Source of the DNA: an uncultured virus (IMG/VR IMGVR_UViG_3300037067_023910)
Taxonomy: Duplodnaviria > Heunggongvirae > Uroviricota > Caudoviricetes
Reading direction: 5' to 3' (one strand)
IMG/VR virus record: IMGVR_UViG_3300037067_023910
Length of the DNA: 64,000 nucleotides
This document shows, one piece after another, positions 46,396 through 57,069 of the stretch (positions are counted from its first letter, which is position 1; each line of letters starts with the position of its first letter). The position numbers and the translations under genes are program-made. The notes beneath the pieces are model-generated. The model worked only from the letters and a program-made list of their open reading frames with translations. It was not told the DNA's origin and ran no database searches.

Positions 46396-47480
46396 GGGTG
46401 ACCTCTCCGGAAATTGCAGACAGTTGGTCAAAATTAAAGATCGCATTGACTTTTTGGGCTTTAGCTTCAATGGCCGCGTTGATCTTGGCCCAGATCGCTT
46501 CCATTTCGAGCCATTGGTCTGCGATTAATTTGGCTTGTTTGTGTTGTTTGATCGTGTGTTGGGGAGATAAGAACATATATGATGCACTCCTGGGGGATTT
46601 CTCTTGGATTAGTCCCCCTAATTTTTCGAACAATATGTAAAAAAGTTATAAAATTTCTTGGGAAAACGGTTTGTCGGGGTAGTCCCACCGAGGACAGCTG
46701 GTATAAAATTTGTGCGGACATAACTTCCCTGTATAGATGCATATTTTCTTTTTGGGATCATACCGGGGACAGCGTTCCCGCCCCCATAAATTCAAGTGGG
46801 AAGGCATTAACAGTGCCCCCACCCATCTTTCATTCTATGCGACCGCTCTTGGCGGTAGCATTTTTTGGGCGATGCACAGACCATTTGGCCATTGATCTTG
46901 CGTCGGTATTTACAAACGTCTGAAGGCCATTGACACAATTTGGTTTTTGTAGGCATTTCATTCAATCCCATATTCCGCATGTCCTAAACGTTATTTCTTA
47001 GGTTGTTCTCCATAAAACACCCCCATGGGGAGCGACGTATGGTCGATGTGTTTGGCACAGACCACATGCAGCGTTTCTTGAGGAAATTGACCGGTAAACT
47101 TTGCATAATATATATCTCCCTTTTGGAACACATATTGACACGTTTCACACACGACCCGGCCAAAAGCGTCTAACTTTGGTTTATAAACCATTCATCCTTC
47201 ACTTCCTTTCATCAAAGGCTTTGCTTCCAGGATCTTCGACAGTCCAAGTATGTCCGCATGTTAAACAGCGGTAATAGGTGGGGGAACCAAAATAAGCTAA
47301 CCTCATGCCATTAATATGGCTTTTTTCTCCACATTTTGGACAGATCATTGTCTTTCTCACTTTCCTTCTTTTGGATCAAAATCATCACACTGTCGTTCGA
47401 CTTCTGGTTTTGGAACATAAATACGAATATTACAATCGTCACCGTTCCAATTTTCACAATTGATACATTTTACTTTCATT

Positions 47481-47834
47481 TCACTCACTCTTTTTTACAC
47501 GATTGTTATACTGGTTGTAGAGTAATTGGTCTATCATGGGGGCAGTCTGTTCTAAAGCGGTACAAATGATGGGCCAACAGTCCGGGCAGAATTCCAATTC
47601 TTTCAAATTATGCGACGGGGTCAATGAACTGGTATTGACTAAAAACGACGGGGCGGACTTCAGAAAGGTTTCTCGAATGATTTTCCGGCAGCGGTGGCAG
47701 ATAGAACGCCATTCGCGGCATGCCAGACATTTGAGCGACCCGTCTTCGGCGATAAACAATTCTTTGACCGACGAAATGAGGGCTTTACATTGGGCACAAT
47801 ATAATGTCATAATCACTCTCACTCCGCCTTCCAT
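47481..47834 (-). CDS. LIM-like double Zn-finger protein
   Basis: CAQC, CLAC, CHRC, CPDC. Confidence 0.6.
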   Translation of the reverse strand: MEGGVRVIMTLYCAQCKALISSVKELFIAEDGSLKCLACREWRSICHRCRKIIRETFLKSAPSFLVNTSSLTPSHNLKELEFCPDCWPIICTALEQTAPMIDQLLYNQYNNRVKKSE

Positions 47835-48625
47835 AAGACCTTTCGGCCTTCGGGGGTCATTTGACCGAATTCCATTAGGTCTGCGACTTTAATTTCTTCC
47901 CAATCGGTCTTGATACTATATATGTTATTTGTACCATATCGGAACGAACACTCGGACTGATGACAAATAAAACTCTTACCTGAACGAAGTTCAAAATAAA
48001 CCGCGCCAGTCACTTTATTAGTTGGCATAAAATTCATCTCATTTTTTCTTCTCTTTTTTCACTTGCACCCACCCGTCTAAAGACGAGGAAGGTTTGGTCG
48101 GGGGTTGAGACAATGTTCGGGTATTCCGACATTTTTGACACGCCTTACAGACCCCTTCGGTGACATTCGCTTTTTTATCCGGGCAATAACAATAAATCTG
48201 ATACGCTTGAATTACTTCAAGAGATTCTTTACTGGGTTGTTGGGTGTCAATGGAAGTCACGGTCAATTTCCGGATTTTCCACTGGGGGCTGAACCCTTCT
48301 TGGTGTTTATCGCCGTAGGGACAGATCGGCGGGGGGGTCACTCCAAATTGGTGTTGGTCAACGAGAGAATAGCAACATTTTTGACCGCAATTCGGGGTGA
48401 GGCAGTCATATTCTTCTTCCCATTTGGGGGTAGTTTGGTCCGCAGCCATAGGTATCAGTCTTCTTCCCATTCTTTCAATTCGACCACCAACGATTCTAAA
48501 AAGGTATTATAATTCTGTTGTTCGTGGGTGACTGGGTCTCGAAAGCGTGAAAGGGCCAACTGGCGAAGGTAAGCCGGGATTTCGTTTAATCTTGGAATAT
48601 TGATGGTAATTTCATAAGAGACCAT

Positions 48626-49147
48626 TTATGTTCGTCTCCGGGAGCGTTTTTGAACATCTTGGCAATTCGGGGTTAAACACACTTCATGTATGCTCTCGCC
48701 ATTTTTTTTCACACCACAATCTTCAAACACTTCATCTCCGACAGTTCCACATTCATAGTGACTACATCGGTGGCATTGTTTCGTGAGTTTTTTGTTGCAT
48801 ACTTGACAAATTTTAGTATAATAGTTTAAAGGCAGTAATTTTCCACACATACACCGGTGTTTGTCTTGAAAGACCAATTTGTCGCCATTGACGGTAAAGC
48901 GAAAATGGTAGGAATGGGTTAAATTCTTTCTTTTTTGATAGGCAATATAAAATTCATGATAAGCATTTGTAAGGTCATGCAAATTCCAATTAATCTCCCA
49001 GCCAAAATCATTATGGCCCAAATTAAACCGATATGATTTCTGTTCGCATGGTTCGCACAGCCATTGACCCCGCCATTCTCTAAAATTATAGACATGGTCC
49101 CCTTCTGTCCCACAGTTCGCACAAATTCTTCTAAAAGGTGTGGCCAT
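48626..49147 (-). CDS. Multi-Zn-finger protein
   Basis: CANC, CEPC, CMC, CQVC, CHRC. Confidence 0.65.
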   Translation of the reverse strand: MATPFRRICANCGTEGDHVYNFREWRGQWLCEPCEQKSYRFNLGHNDFGWEINWNLHDLTNAYHEFYIAYQKRKNLTHSYHFRFTVNGDKLVFQDKHRCMCGKLLPLNYYTKICQVCNKKLTKQCHRCSHYECGTVGDEVFEDCGVKKNGESIHEVCLTPNCQDVQKRSRRRT

Positions 49148-49149
49148 GT

Positions 49150-49884
49150 TTATTCCTCCCGTCTTGGTCTCAGATATTCGGTGATTTCCCTTTGCCAGAT
49201 CGCTTCTTCTTGGGGGCTCAATGTAAAACCTAATGCCACAACCCGGTCATGGGCTTTTTGAGCGTCTTTATATTCATATCGTTCAATCGTGTAAGGTGAC
49301 ATATCGAGGTCGAATTGAGCAAAGGAAAGGGGGTCGTTCCTCACGGTTGCGGGCGTAATCATTTTGTGGTAAGCATCAAAGGTCGCGGGGATGGGCCAAT
49401 CGAATATCTTCCCTTCTTTATGACCATATAACCGTATAAACCGTTTTTTTTTAAAGGGTTCGCTCAGCCAAGCCAGTTCTTCGCGGTATTCTTTTTCCAA
49501 GGCGGCGAGATTATAGTTACATTGTTGTAGAAGGAGGATGAATTTGATTACCGGGACTTGGCCGATGTCGGTATAATCTTGAAAACAGTCCAAGATCACT
49601 TTCTTCTGCATGTCCATGACAATGAGACCATAGCCGCATGGCACTAACCCACAACTGGGAAAATAGACATTGGTCATGGGGTTTTCAAATTGCTGGTCGA
49701 CCTGGTGCCGGTCATAATCGGCCTTCATGTCAAGCCAGATTTGTAAGAATTCATGAATATGTTGTTTGTTCTCTTCGACGAAACGGACATTGTTCAGCCA
49801 AAATGATATTGGATTCGTCCACCGCTGCATCCGGTATTCCGTGCCGTCGGGTTTCCGGAGCGTGATTGAAATTGTTCCCCCCAT
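49150..49884 (-). CDS. Hypothetical protein
   Basis: 244-aa ORF, AGGAG RBS. Confidence 0.7.
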   Translation of the reverse strand: MGGTISITLRKPDGTEYRMQRWTNPISFWLNNVRFVEENKQHIHEFLQIWLDMKADYDRHQVDQQFENPMTNVYFPSCGLVPCGYGLIVMDMQKKVILDCFQDYTDIGQVPVIKFILLLQQCNYNLAALEKEYREELAWLSEPFKKKRFIRLYGHKEGKIFDWPIPATFDAYHKMITPATVRNDPLSFAQFDLDMSPYTIERYEYKDAQKAHDRVVALGFTLSPQEEAIWQREITEYLRPRREE

Positions 49885-50382
49885 GATATGTTACAACTCC
49901 TTTAAGTACTTTAATTGCACCAGACTTTTCACAATGGACTCTTTCCAGAAGACTTCCGGCGTTGTAATTCTTTGGTCTTTTCTTTGGGGGTCTGGGCTTC
50001 GATTTTTCGGGCAAACTGGGCCCAACAAATTTCTCGCACATGATCTTGATATGTGTTGGTAATTAGTTCCATGAGCATCATTCCTGTGCTATCGTGTTGA
50101 TACCGTTCTTTTCAACATGAACGGCGACCGGGGTAGGAACAGGGACGACATGGTGGAATTGCTCCATGAGGCCCGTGGTAAAGGCTTTTTTCATCACCAT
50201 AATGGCGTCCACCCCATCTTCAGCCATCACATCTAACAATCGGGCATGGGCTTGGAACCGGACGGTGACTTCAAAAACGGACTCGGATTGTGTGGTCCGC
50301 TTTTCGTGAATTTCGACAGTTTCGCTGTGTTTTCCCATGATAATCACTCTTGTAAAATAATATTTGAGATAAAAAACCCCCA

Positions 50383-50553
50383 TCAATGGGACAGGTCTGG
50401 GTTCATTTTGATCAATAATTCTTTCGCTTTTTCTTTGATAATATCATGGATCATAGTCGTTGCGTTTTCATAAACAGTGGCGTAATTTTGGATATATTTT
50501 TCAAAGACCTCATAGACCTTAATTGGGACTTTCAATGTTTTATATTCTGGCAT
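50383..50553 (-). CDS. 56-aa RHH-like protein (below ORF-track cutoff)
   Basis: MPEYKTLKVPIKVYEVFEKYIQNYATVYENATTMIHDIIKEKAKELL... Confidence 0.6.
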   Translation of the reverse strand: MPEYKTLKVPIKVYEVFEKYIQNYATVYENATTMIHDIIKEKAKELLIKMNPDLSH

Positions 50554-50680
50554 AAGAGTTCGTTACCTTCTTTGAAATAGTCGTAAAAAAGATCAAAATA
50601 TTATGAATAAAGATAAAAAACATCGCCCTTTTGAGAAGCAATATATTGGAGCATTTGTTTACTGGCAACGTCTTCATTAA

Positions 50681-52183
50681 TCACACACTTTCAAAGACAT
50701 CCGCCGCTAACTCATTGGTGAGCGAGTCCACGGCAATTAACCGGTCTGAGATGGGCTTGAGGGAATGTTGCACCATCCCAAATTCGGCCCCGATGACGAT
50801 GGTAAAATGAGTAAATCTTAACTGAACTTTCAGGTCCAGGTAGTCCATTTTGACGTGTTCTGAGACATCACTTTCACCATCGGTGATAAAAATGACATCC
50901 CCTTTTTTGAACTCTGCATCGGTCTTGAGGTATTCCATGGCTTTTTCAAGGGGTGGATCAAAAGCAGTCCCCCCGCCGGTGAAATACGACGCTAATTCCA
51001 ACATCGTCTTAAAGGAAAAATGCCCTTTCATGAATTCAAAGATATGCTGGATACTGTGGTCGAACACAATGACAATGGCATTTCGCTTTTCTTTGTGGGC
51101 AATTTCCACTAAGGCCAGGGCGACCCCTTTGGCCCAACAATCGCGATCGCCCCCCATCGACCCCGAGACGTCCAAACAGACCACAATGGGCCCTTTGCCT
51201 TTGGTCTCATTACCAGTAATTTCGTAGGTCAAGAGTTGTTTTTCGGTATATTTGAGGTCAAAGATGACTTCTAACTCGGGTTCGACCAAGAGGGCCGCTT
51301 CCGAAATGAGCAAATGGGCAATGTCGTCGCTCTGGACAATATCGGTAATTTCTTCCATGGCGTGTTTAGACTTTTCTTTTTGCTTCCGAAACGCCAGTCG
51401 CCGCATTCGCCCGGCCATTTGCATGATCTGGCGGATCTTTTTATTTTGAAGAAATGCCTTCTGAAGGGCAAGTCGGTCTTCAAAAGAAACAGGGGCTAAA
51501 GTGCCGGCCCCGGTGCCCCACCCAGATAAGGCTTCATTCTCGAATTCGATGGCATCTAACGCGGTCTGGACTGCGGGGAGGATGACGACTTGTTGAATTT
51601 GTTGTTGGGCCCCTTGACACGCTTGTTGCTGTTGCTGTTGAAGGCCTTTCAATGATTGCTGGAGCATTTGAATTTGTTGTTGTGTTTGGGGCATTGGTTG
51701 TTTTTTTTGGGCTTGTTGTTGTTTTTTAATTTCTTTTTGAAGGTCTTTAATTTGGACATTGGTGTCCTTCATTTGGACAAGGTATTTGTTGATGGCATCT
51801 ATCACGTCTGGATTTTCGTCCACAATGGAAGTGGCAAAGGCGGCGGCAGCTGTGGCACTCGTCACGGGGTCTAAGCGGGTCGAGGCCCGGAGTTGTTCGT
51901 ATTCATTCGATTCCATTGCCAATGCCAAGAGCCCCCGGTTGAGTTGAGCGTCTAATTCCACATTTTCGGGGGGTTGTAATTCTGGGGCATATTTAAACAT
52001 CGCATAAAACGAGTCTTCGAGTAATTCCGGATAGAGGGTATAATTTCCCCCTGACCCTTTGAAGCTGTCCTTTAAGACGGCAGATTGTTTTTTCATTTTT
52101 GCATATTGACTGAAGTCAAAGAGGTCATGCTTCAGATTTTGGCGGTCTAAGAGTGGTTTCCCCGTTTTTCCCATGTAATTCAC
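50681..52183 (-). CDS. VWA-domain protein, ViaA-like partner of the MoxR ATPase
   Basis: MIDAS DVSGS, GGGTAF, FITDGES; Gln-rich coiled-coil insert. Confidence 0.9.
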   Translation of the reverse strand: MNYMGKTGKPLLDRQNLKHDLFDFSQYAKMKKQSAVLKDSFKGSGGNYTLYPELLEDSFYAMFKYAPELQPPENVELDAQLNRGLLALAMESNEYEQLRASTRLDPVTSATAAAAFATSIVDENPDVIDAINKYLVQMKDTNVQIKDLQKEIKKQQQAQKKQPMPQTQQQIQMLQQSLKGLQQQQQQACQGAQQQIQQVVILPAVQTALDAIEFENEALSGWGTGAGTLAPVSFEDRLALQKAFLQNKKIRQIMQMAGRMRRLAFRKQKEKSKHAMEEITDIVQSDDIAHLLISEAALLVEPELEVIFDLKYTEKQLLTYEITGNETKGKGPIVVCLDVSGSMGGDRDCWAKGVALALVEIAHKEKRNAIVIVFDHSIQHIFEFMKGHFSFKTMLELASYFTGGGTAFDPPLEKAMEYLKTDAEFKKGDVIFITDGESDVSEHVKMDYLDLKVQLRFTHFTIVIGAEFGMVQHSLKPISDRLIAVDSLTNELAADVFESV

Positions 52184-52213
52184 CTGGTCTCAATTCGTTC
52201 TGAGGATAAAAAA

Positions 52214-53443
52214 TTAGAACCCCAACAGGGCCACTAAGTCCGGTAATTTGGTCTCGACCATATCTTTGTGGATTTTTTTGATCCGCTGAATGGCTTTCAC
52301 AATCTGGCCCTCGGTTTGTTTGTCAAAGACATTTTTCTCCATGACATCTTGGGCTTCCCTCACGATTTTAATCAATTTGGTCAAGGCTTCTTGGATTTGG
52401 GGCATTTCGTTGGGTTTTTTCGCATCTAAGGTCTTCACACTTTGCTGAATCGAATCGGCTTGACGGATCAGTTGTTGAATATTGGCAATGACGGGATTGA
52501 TGGCCTTGGCGATCAGCATTTTAATGGGGGCAATGTCGGCTTTATTACTCCACAAGATATGTTCCAAGACATACAAATCTTCTTCGATGACTTCATCCCG
52601 CCCATTCAAGACGGCCCGAGCTTTCAAAGCGGTCTGCAACCATTCCCCCGCGAATCGCCGGTCTGAGACTTGGATATTTTCCACTTTGAGGTTCAACCAT
52701 AGCTCGCTTAATTTGGGGAGAATTCGTTTAATTTTGACGTCTTTGACTTTAGCTTGGAGGGCTTTGATCTCTTGAGCAGACAAAATCTCCTCCGGTGGGA
52801 GGGCAAATTTGTTTTCAGTGTTCTCAAGCATCCGGTTAAAATTAGCTTGGTCATGGATATAATCGACATAGAGCCGGAAGATAAAGCGGTCAAAAAATGC
52901 GTCTAATGATCTTTCTTCGGGGGTTAAATTGGTGCTCCCAAAGACGCATTCTAATTCCGTTTTTTTGCCTTGAAAAGTCCGTTCGGCCATCAAGTTTAAA
53001 AGCGTATTGAGAATTGGCGACCCGGCATTAAAAACTTCGTCTAAATAAGCAATCTGAGCTTCAGGCATTCGGTCGACGGTAATTCGACAAAAGACGTCTT
53101 GCTTCAGTTTTTGAATACTGAGGGGGCCAAAGAGTTCATCAGGGGTCGTGAATTTGGTCAAGAGATAAGCAAAATATTTCATCTTCCCGAGAGAATTGCA
53201 TACCGAAGCGATGAGGGCGGTCTTTGCCGTACCCGGGGGGCCGATGAGTAAAATATGATGTTTACAGAGAAGGGCCACAAAAAGGGTCTCGATCACTTCT
53301 TCCCGTTCCACGAAATAGGCGCCGAGTTTCTGCATAATCACATTGGCTTTTTGGATAGCGACCGCTTCATCTGGAGTATAAAAGGAAGAGTTGGCCACCA
53401 CCATGTCCAATGTGGGGATCTGGTTCTGACTGATTGTTGTCAT
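52214..53443 (-). CDS. MoxR-family AAA+ ATPase, RavA-like
   Basis: GPPGTAKT, FTTPDELFGP, YLDEVF, FFDRF, SDRR; likely start MTTIS at 53443. Confidence 0.92.
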   Translation of the reverse strand: MTTISQNQIPTLDMVVANSSFYTPDEAVAIQKANVIMQKLGAYFVEREEVIETLFVALLCKHHILLIGPPGTAKTALIASVCNSLGKMKYFAYLLTKFTTPDELFGPLSIQKLKQDVFCRITVDRMPEAQIAYLDEVFNAGSPILNTLLNLMAERTFQGKKTELECVFGSTNLTPEERSLDAFFDRFIFRLYVDYIHDQANFNRMLENTENKFALPPEEILSAQEIKALQAKVKDVKIKRILPKLSELWLNLKVENIQVSDRRFAGEWLQTALKARAVLNGRDEVIEEDLYVLEHILWSNKADIAPIKMLIAKAINPVIANIQQLIRQADSIQQSVKTLDAKKPNEMPQIQEALTKLIKIVREAQDVMEKNVFDKQTEGQIVKAIQRIKKIHKDMVETKLPDLVALLGF

Positions 53444-53515
53444 AAAAATCACTTGGAATTCGATAAAAATAGAAAAACGAAAAAAATGGAAACACAAAAA
53501 AAGCGTTAGAACACA

Positions 53516-53935
53516 TTACGCTTGAATATTGGTGCCAATTTCATTGGCAAGTTGGGTTAAGCCCTTCTCTTCTTCTTCTTTGTCGGCATCTTTTTCGCCG
53601 TCCCCACCGACTTGTTCCGGAGGGTTAGTTCCTGTTGTCATGGTCGTTTGAGTCGTTTGGGCATCTTTGGCCTTCTTTTTTGCAGCTTGAATGAGAGTCG
53701 TTGCAATGGTCTGTTGGGAATTATCTAAGACCACTAAAATGGGGATACCTTTTGCTAAGGGAAAGTTGAGAAATTCTTTTTCAATCAATTCTTTTGCCCC
53801 GGTGATGGTCATATTCGTGACGATCCCAGTGCCTTGCTGGACTCCTTTAAAGGTAATGGTTTTCTGATTCGTCCCTTTATCGTAATTTTCATTATTGCCA
53901 CTTTTGGCCGGGTAAAGCCCGTATTCTTTCTTCAT
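53516..53935 (-). CDS. Hypothetical protein
   Basis: 139-aa ORF, GAGGTGA RBS. Confidence 0.65.
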   Translation of the reverse strand: MKKEYGLYPAKSGNNENYDKGTNQKTITFKGVQQGTGIVTNMTITGAKELIEKEFLNFPLAKGIPILVVLDNSQQTIATTLIQAAKKKAKDAQTTQTTMTTGTNPPEQVGGDGEKDADKEEEEKGLTQLANEIGTNIQA

Positions 53936-53984
53936 AGGTTTCTATCACCTCTTCCGAAGGTATTGGTTGTGCGTTATAATAACG

Positions 53985-54033
53985 CGAGGCCCTTGCCCGG
54001 ACTCGGACCGGGGGTTCCTCGATCAACAAGGGT
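53985..54033 (-). ncRNA. tRNA-like minihelix (acceptor stem plus T-arm), element 2
   Basis: ACCCTTG-(14 nt)-CCCGG-TCCGAGT-CCGGG-CAAGGGC, directly after a T7 tract. Confidence 0.5.
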
Positions 54034-54045
54034 AAAAAAATGGGA

Positions 54046-55365
54046 TTAAGTCGAATATACGATGTCATTGGGGTCATGGCCCCAATATTGCCACTGTAAG
54101 GCGTCATGGATGGAATGACATTCATCCGGTACGCGTTCGACATAGCGTTTTTCGCTCGAATGATCATGCAGCACTAACGCTTTTCGGCGGAGTTTGTCAA
54201 AGGAGGGGTAAAATTCCACCAGTTGGATCGGGACGCGGCGTTTTAGCCCGGGGGCGTATTCAAACTTCTTTTCAAGGATCGTTTTCTTCTTGATGGCGTC
54301 CCAGATGGCGTCCCACCCATAACATTGAATGACTGCCGCCCTGCGTTCGGTATTTTTTAGGGCCATAATTGCAGAAACAGGGATGGTCGCCCGTTTGGGA
54401 AAAAAGGCCTTGAATTGGTCTTTTGAAAACGCGACCCCATGGACATAATAATCTTCCTGTCCATCGCGAAATTGAATCGCGGCTTCGGTCTCAGAATGCA
54501 GACGATTTTGGGGGTCTCGCAGCCATTTAACTGGAGGCCGCGATAAAAAACACGCACTTGTGCTGACCGTGGAAGCCCAGATTGGTTGCATCAATGCTTT
54601 TAACGTATTAAATTCGGGCGAGTTAATCGAGACCAGTTGGGAATATACATCCAAATCAGCAACGTCACATTCAATATTCCAGTTTGAGAAATTATCTAAC
54701 GATTCATACTTCGTGGTCTCGGTAATGAACTGTGTTTTCTCTTGAAGCATATTAGCATCGGGAATCTGATTTTGAAGCTGGGGATAGATCTGTTCCCAAC
54801 AATGAGTAAGTATTTGTTGGCGAAATGACAAGTATAACTGGTCGTTACCAAATATACTTGGCCAGTCCCTATTTATATCGTGAAAAAAACTGTTTTCGGT
54901 ACGTAGTATTTGAGATGTAGATGAGGCGATGGCCATCCGAGCATGATATTGAGAAGTTCGCTGAACTCCATTCTGTTCGGAGATTTGCTTAGAGACATCA
55001 GATGTTATTTGGATTTGGCACAAAATTTGGTCTCGAATTTGGTGTTGGGTTGGGCCTAAAATGAGTTCTCTAAGGGCTTCTAAAATTCCCTGACTATCTC
55101 CCCACCCAGTCAAACCTTTTCCTCTTAAATTTTTTCTTTTTGAAAAAAGATTTAATGCGACACTCGTCGAAACGGGTGAATCCGTAATAATCACTAAAGG
55201 ATCAGGGTCTACTTGGGGGTATTTCTGGTGGGCGGTCTTATAAAGAAATTGAATATACTGGCGGGCTTTTTGGTCGTCCATTTTGGTGGAATACAATATG
55301 TCAGACCATTTGTGCCGACATTCGTCCAATGCGGTTTCTTGGGCGGGGGACAAACTTTGCAGCAT
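54046..55365 (-). CDS. DUF6745-like protein
   Basis: DSP motif; RLHSETEAAIQFRDG...YYVHGV; NTERRAAVI; ERVP; likely start MLQSL at 55365. Confidence 0.75.
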   Translation of the reverse strand: MLQSLSPAQETALDECRHKWSDILYSTKMDDQKARQYIQFLYKTAHQKYPQVDPDPLVIITDSPVSTSVALNLFSKRKNLRGKGLTGWGDSQGILEALRELILGPTQHQIRDQILCQIQITSDVSKQISEQNGVQRTSQYHARMAIASSTSQILRTENSFFHDINRDWPSIFGNDQLYLSFRQQILTHCWEQIYPQLQNQIPDANMLQEKTQFITETTKYESLDNFSNWNIECDVADLDVYSQLVSINSPEFNTLKALMQPIWASTVSTSACFLSRPPVKWLRDPQNRLHSETEAAIQFRDGQEDYYVHGVAFSKDQFKAFFPKRATIPVSAIMALKNTERRAAVIQCYGWDAIWDAIKKKTILEKKFEYAPGLKRRVPIQLVEFYPSFDKLRRKALVLHDHSSEKRYVERVPDECHSIHDALQWQYWGHDPNDIVYST

Positions 55366-55366
55366 T

Positions 55367-55702
55367 TTAATCCCTGACCTGTTGGATGTCGCCCACTTCA
55401 TCGAGTTCCCGTTTGATCACAACTTGATATTTTCCCTTGGGGACCATTTGGGGTTTATGCCCTTCTGGGTCTCCACAGTGCTGTAGTAAGGTCGGTTCAA
55501 TGACCTCGACAAACATTGCCGCGGGATTGACACTGACTAAGGCGGTCTCGGCCATAAATTGATGATAGTGGCCGGTGCTTTCTCCATAAGCTACGATGTT
55601 ATCTTCTTTCTTATGGGCATTGGCGGGAATTTCGGAGACCGGGACGAGTAAGACATCGCCCTGGCGGCGGATTCCGGGTTTAGACTGATCGTATTTGTTC
55701 AT
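55367..55702 (-). CDS. His-rich 'RQGDV' protein usually paired with DUF6745
   Basis: RQGDVLL..GESTGHYH..H..H..GKY.V..KRE. Confidence 0.75.
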   Translation of the reverse strand: MNKYDQSKPGIRRQGDVLLVPVSEIPANAHKKEDNIVAYGESTGHYHQFMAETALVSVNPAAMFVEVIEPTLLQHCGDPEGHKPQMVPKGKYQVVIKRELDEVGDIQQVRD

Positions 55703-55873
55703 AAGAGATCACTTTTCATAATAGGTTGGGGTATTGTGTTGAATATTTAAAGGGGCACGGCGGCACGCTGGGCCATGGGCCCAGAAAAAGAAGCAATGCT
55801 AACATAAGGATTGTGAACATAGAGTAAGGAGTTATAAAAATGCCGTCGTTGCCCATAATAAGGGGAAAAAAGG

Positions 55874-56779
55874 TTAAGCTGGGGTCGCCCCAGTCAAGTC
55901 AGCTTCTTTTTGTAATAAAATCCACCCTGAAATTTGGACATGGTCTGGGGGGTTCTCAGTGATGAATTTTATTGGAATCCATGCGTCTTTGCTCCAATAT
56001 TTAAAATAAACCTTGTGAGCTCTTTGGGTGCTTTGGGTAATTTTCCCTTCGACATTATACCAGAGATCATTCCCTTCCCCGACGACAGGTAAATTAGACA
56101 CCCACGCAGTGAAGTCTAAGTTCGGGGGCACGGCTGGATTATCATCGAAAGGATACTCTGGGGGCTCGGCATCGGATAAAATTTGTTCCAAATCATTGGG
56201 ATGTAAAGCGGGGGGGGGTTGTTTTAGGGTCGGTGGGGGGGAGTTCGGGGTTGAGTTTGATGGTGTGGTGGGAGGTTTAGGGGTTGTTTTAAGGGCTTCG
56301 GCTTGTGAAATACTTTTTTTAGCCGTAGGAGGGGCATATTTCTCTTTGGGGCTATTTTCATGGTCTGTATCTTCGCCAGTCGGGATTAAAAATGCTTGGA
56401 TTAACGCATATTTCTGGGCCCCCGACATTGCTTTATTGGTCGCTTTATCATACGAATCAATCCCTTCTCCAGGCGTGACCATCGACACACTCGACCCGTC
56501 CGTTGCATAAAAGGTAAATTTGACCAATAGACGACACACGGTCTGAAGTTTTTGATTGCTGGAAGTCACATCTGAATAGTCCGCTTTGACCACTTCGGGA
56601 GCTACAAACACACCATGAGTCCCCAAAATTGAATGGAGTTCATTATAAACATCATCAATCGACCGGTAGTTATATTTCGGGCCTGAGCCTTCCATCTTCC
56701 GGTCTTTTTCTACGCCTTTGATTTCAGCTAAGATTTTACTCATTTGAGTATAGATAAGGGGTTTTAGTTCAGCCGTCAT
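55874..56779 (-). CDS. erf: ERF-family single-strand annealing protein
   Basis: YNYRSIDDV..GEGID..DKATNKAMSGAQKYAL...FLIPT.ED.D. Confidence 0.88.
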   Translation of the reverse strand: MTAELKPLIYTQMSKILAEIKGVEKDRKMEGSGPKYNYRSIDDVYNELHSILGTHGVFVAPEVVKADYSDVTSSNQKLQTVCRLLVKFTFYATDGSSVSMVTPGEGIDSYDKATNKAMSGAQKYALIQAFLIPTGEDTDHENSPKEKYAPPTAKKSISQAEALKTTPKPPTTPSNSTPNSPPPTLKQPPPALHPNDLEQILSDAEPPEYPFDDNPAVPPNLDFTAWVSNLPVVGEGNDLWYNVEGKITQSTQRAHKVYFKYWSKDAWIPIKFITENPPDHVQISGWILLQKEADLTGATPA

Positions 56780-56920
56780 AGAGAATCTCTCCTAAAAAAG
56801 AATTGAACGCCGGTTTATCGGCATTTTCATACAGCGATTTGATTTTTTTGCGTTTTTTCATGGACCGTTTTTCTGCTTTGGGCATGGTGGTCACCTGGTC
56901 TTGATAGTTTGTTTTAAAAG

Positions 56921-56949
56921 AAAAAAGGGGGATATTCGCAGTATCCCCC
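56921..56949 (-). terminator. Hairpin plus U-tract, terminator-like
   Basis: Minus strand GGGGGATA-CTGCGAA-TATCCCCC-TTTTTT. Confidence 0.5.
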
Positions 56950-57069
56950 GAGGTGCCCCCCGTGGGTGTGACCCCACAAATGAGAAGTAGGCTAAAAAAA
57001 AGCCTCATCATGATGAACACATGGTTAGATGTGCGGAGGGAAGGGGGCAGAGATAAGGAAAAAAGGGCG

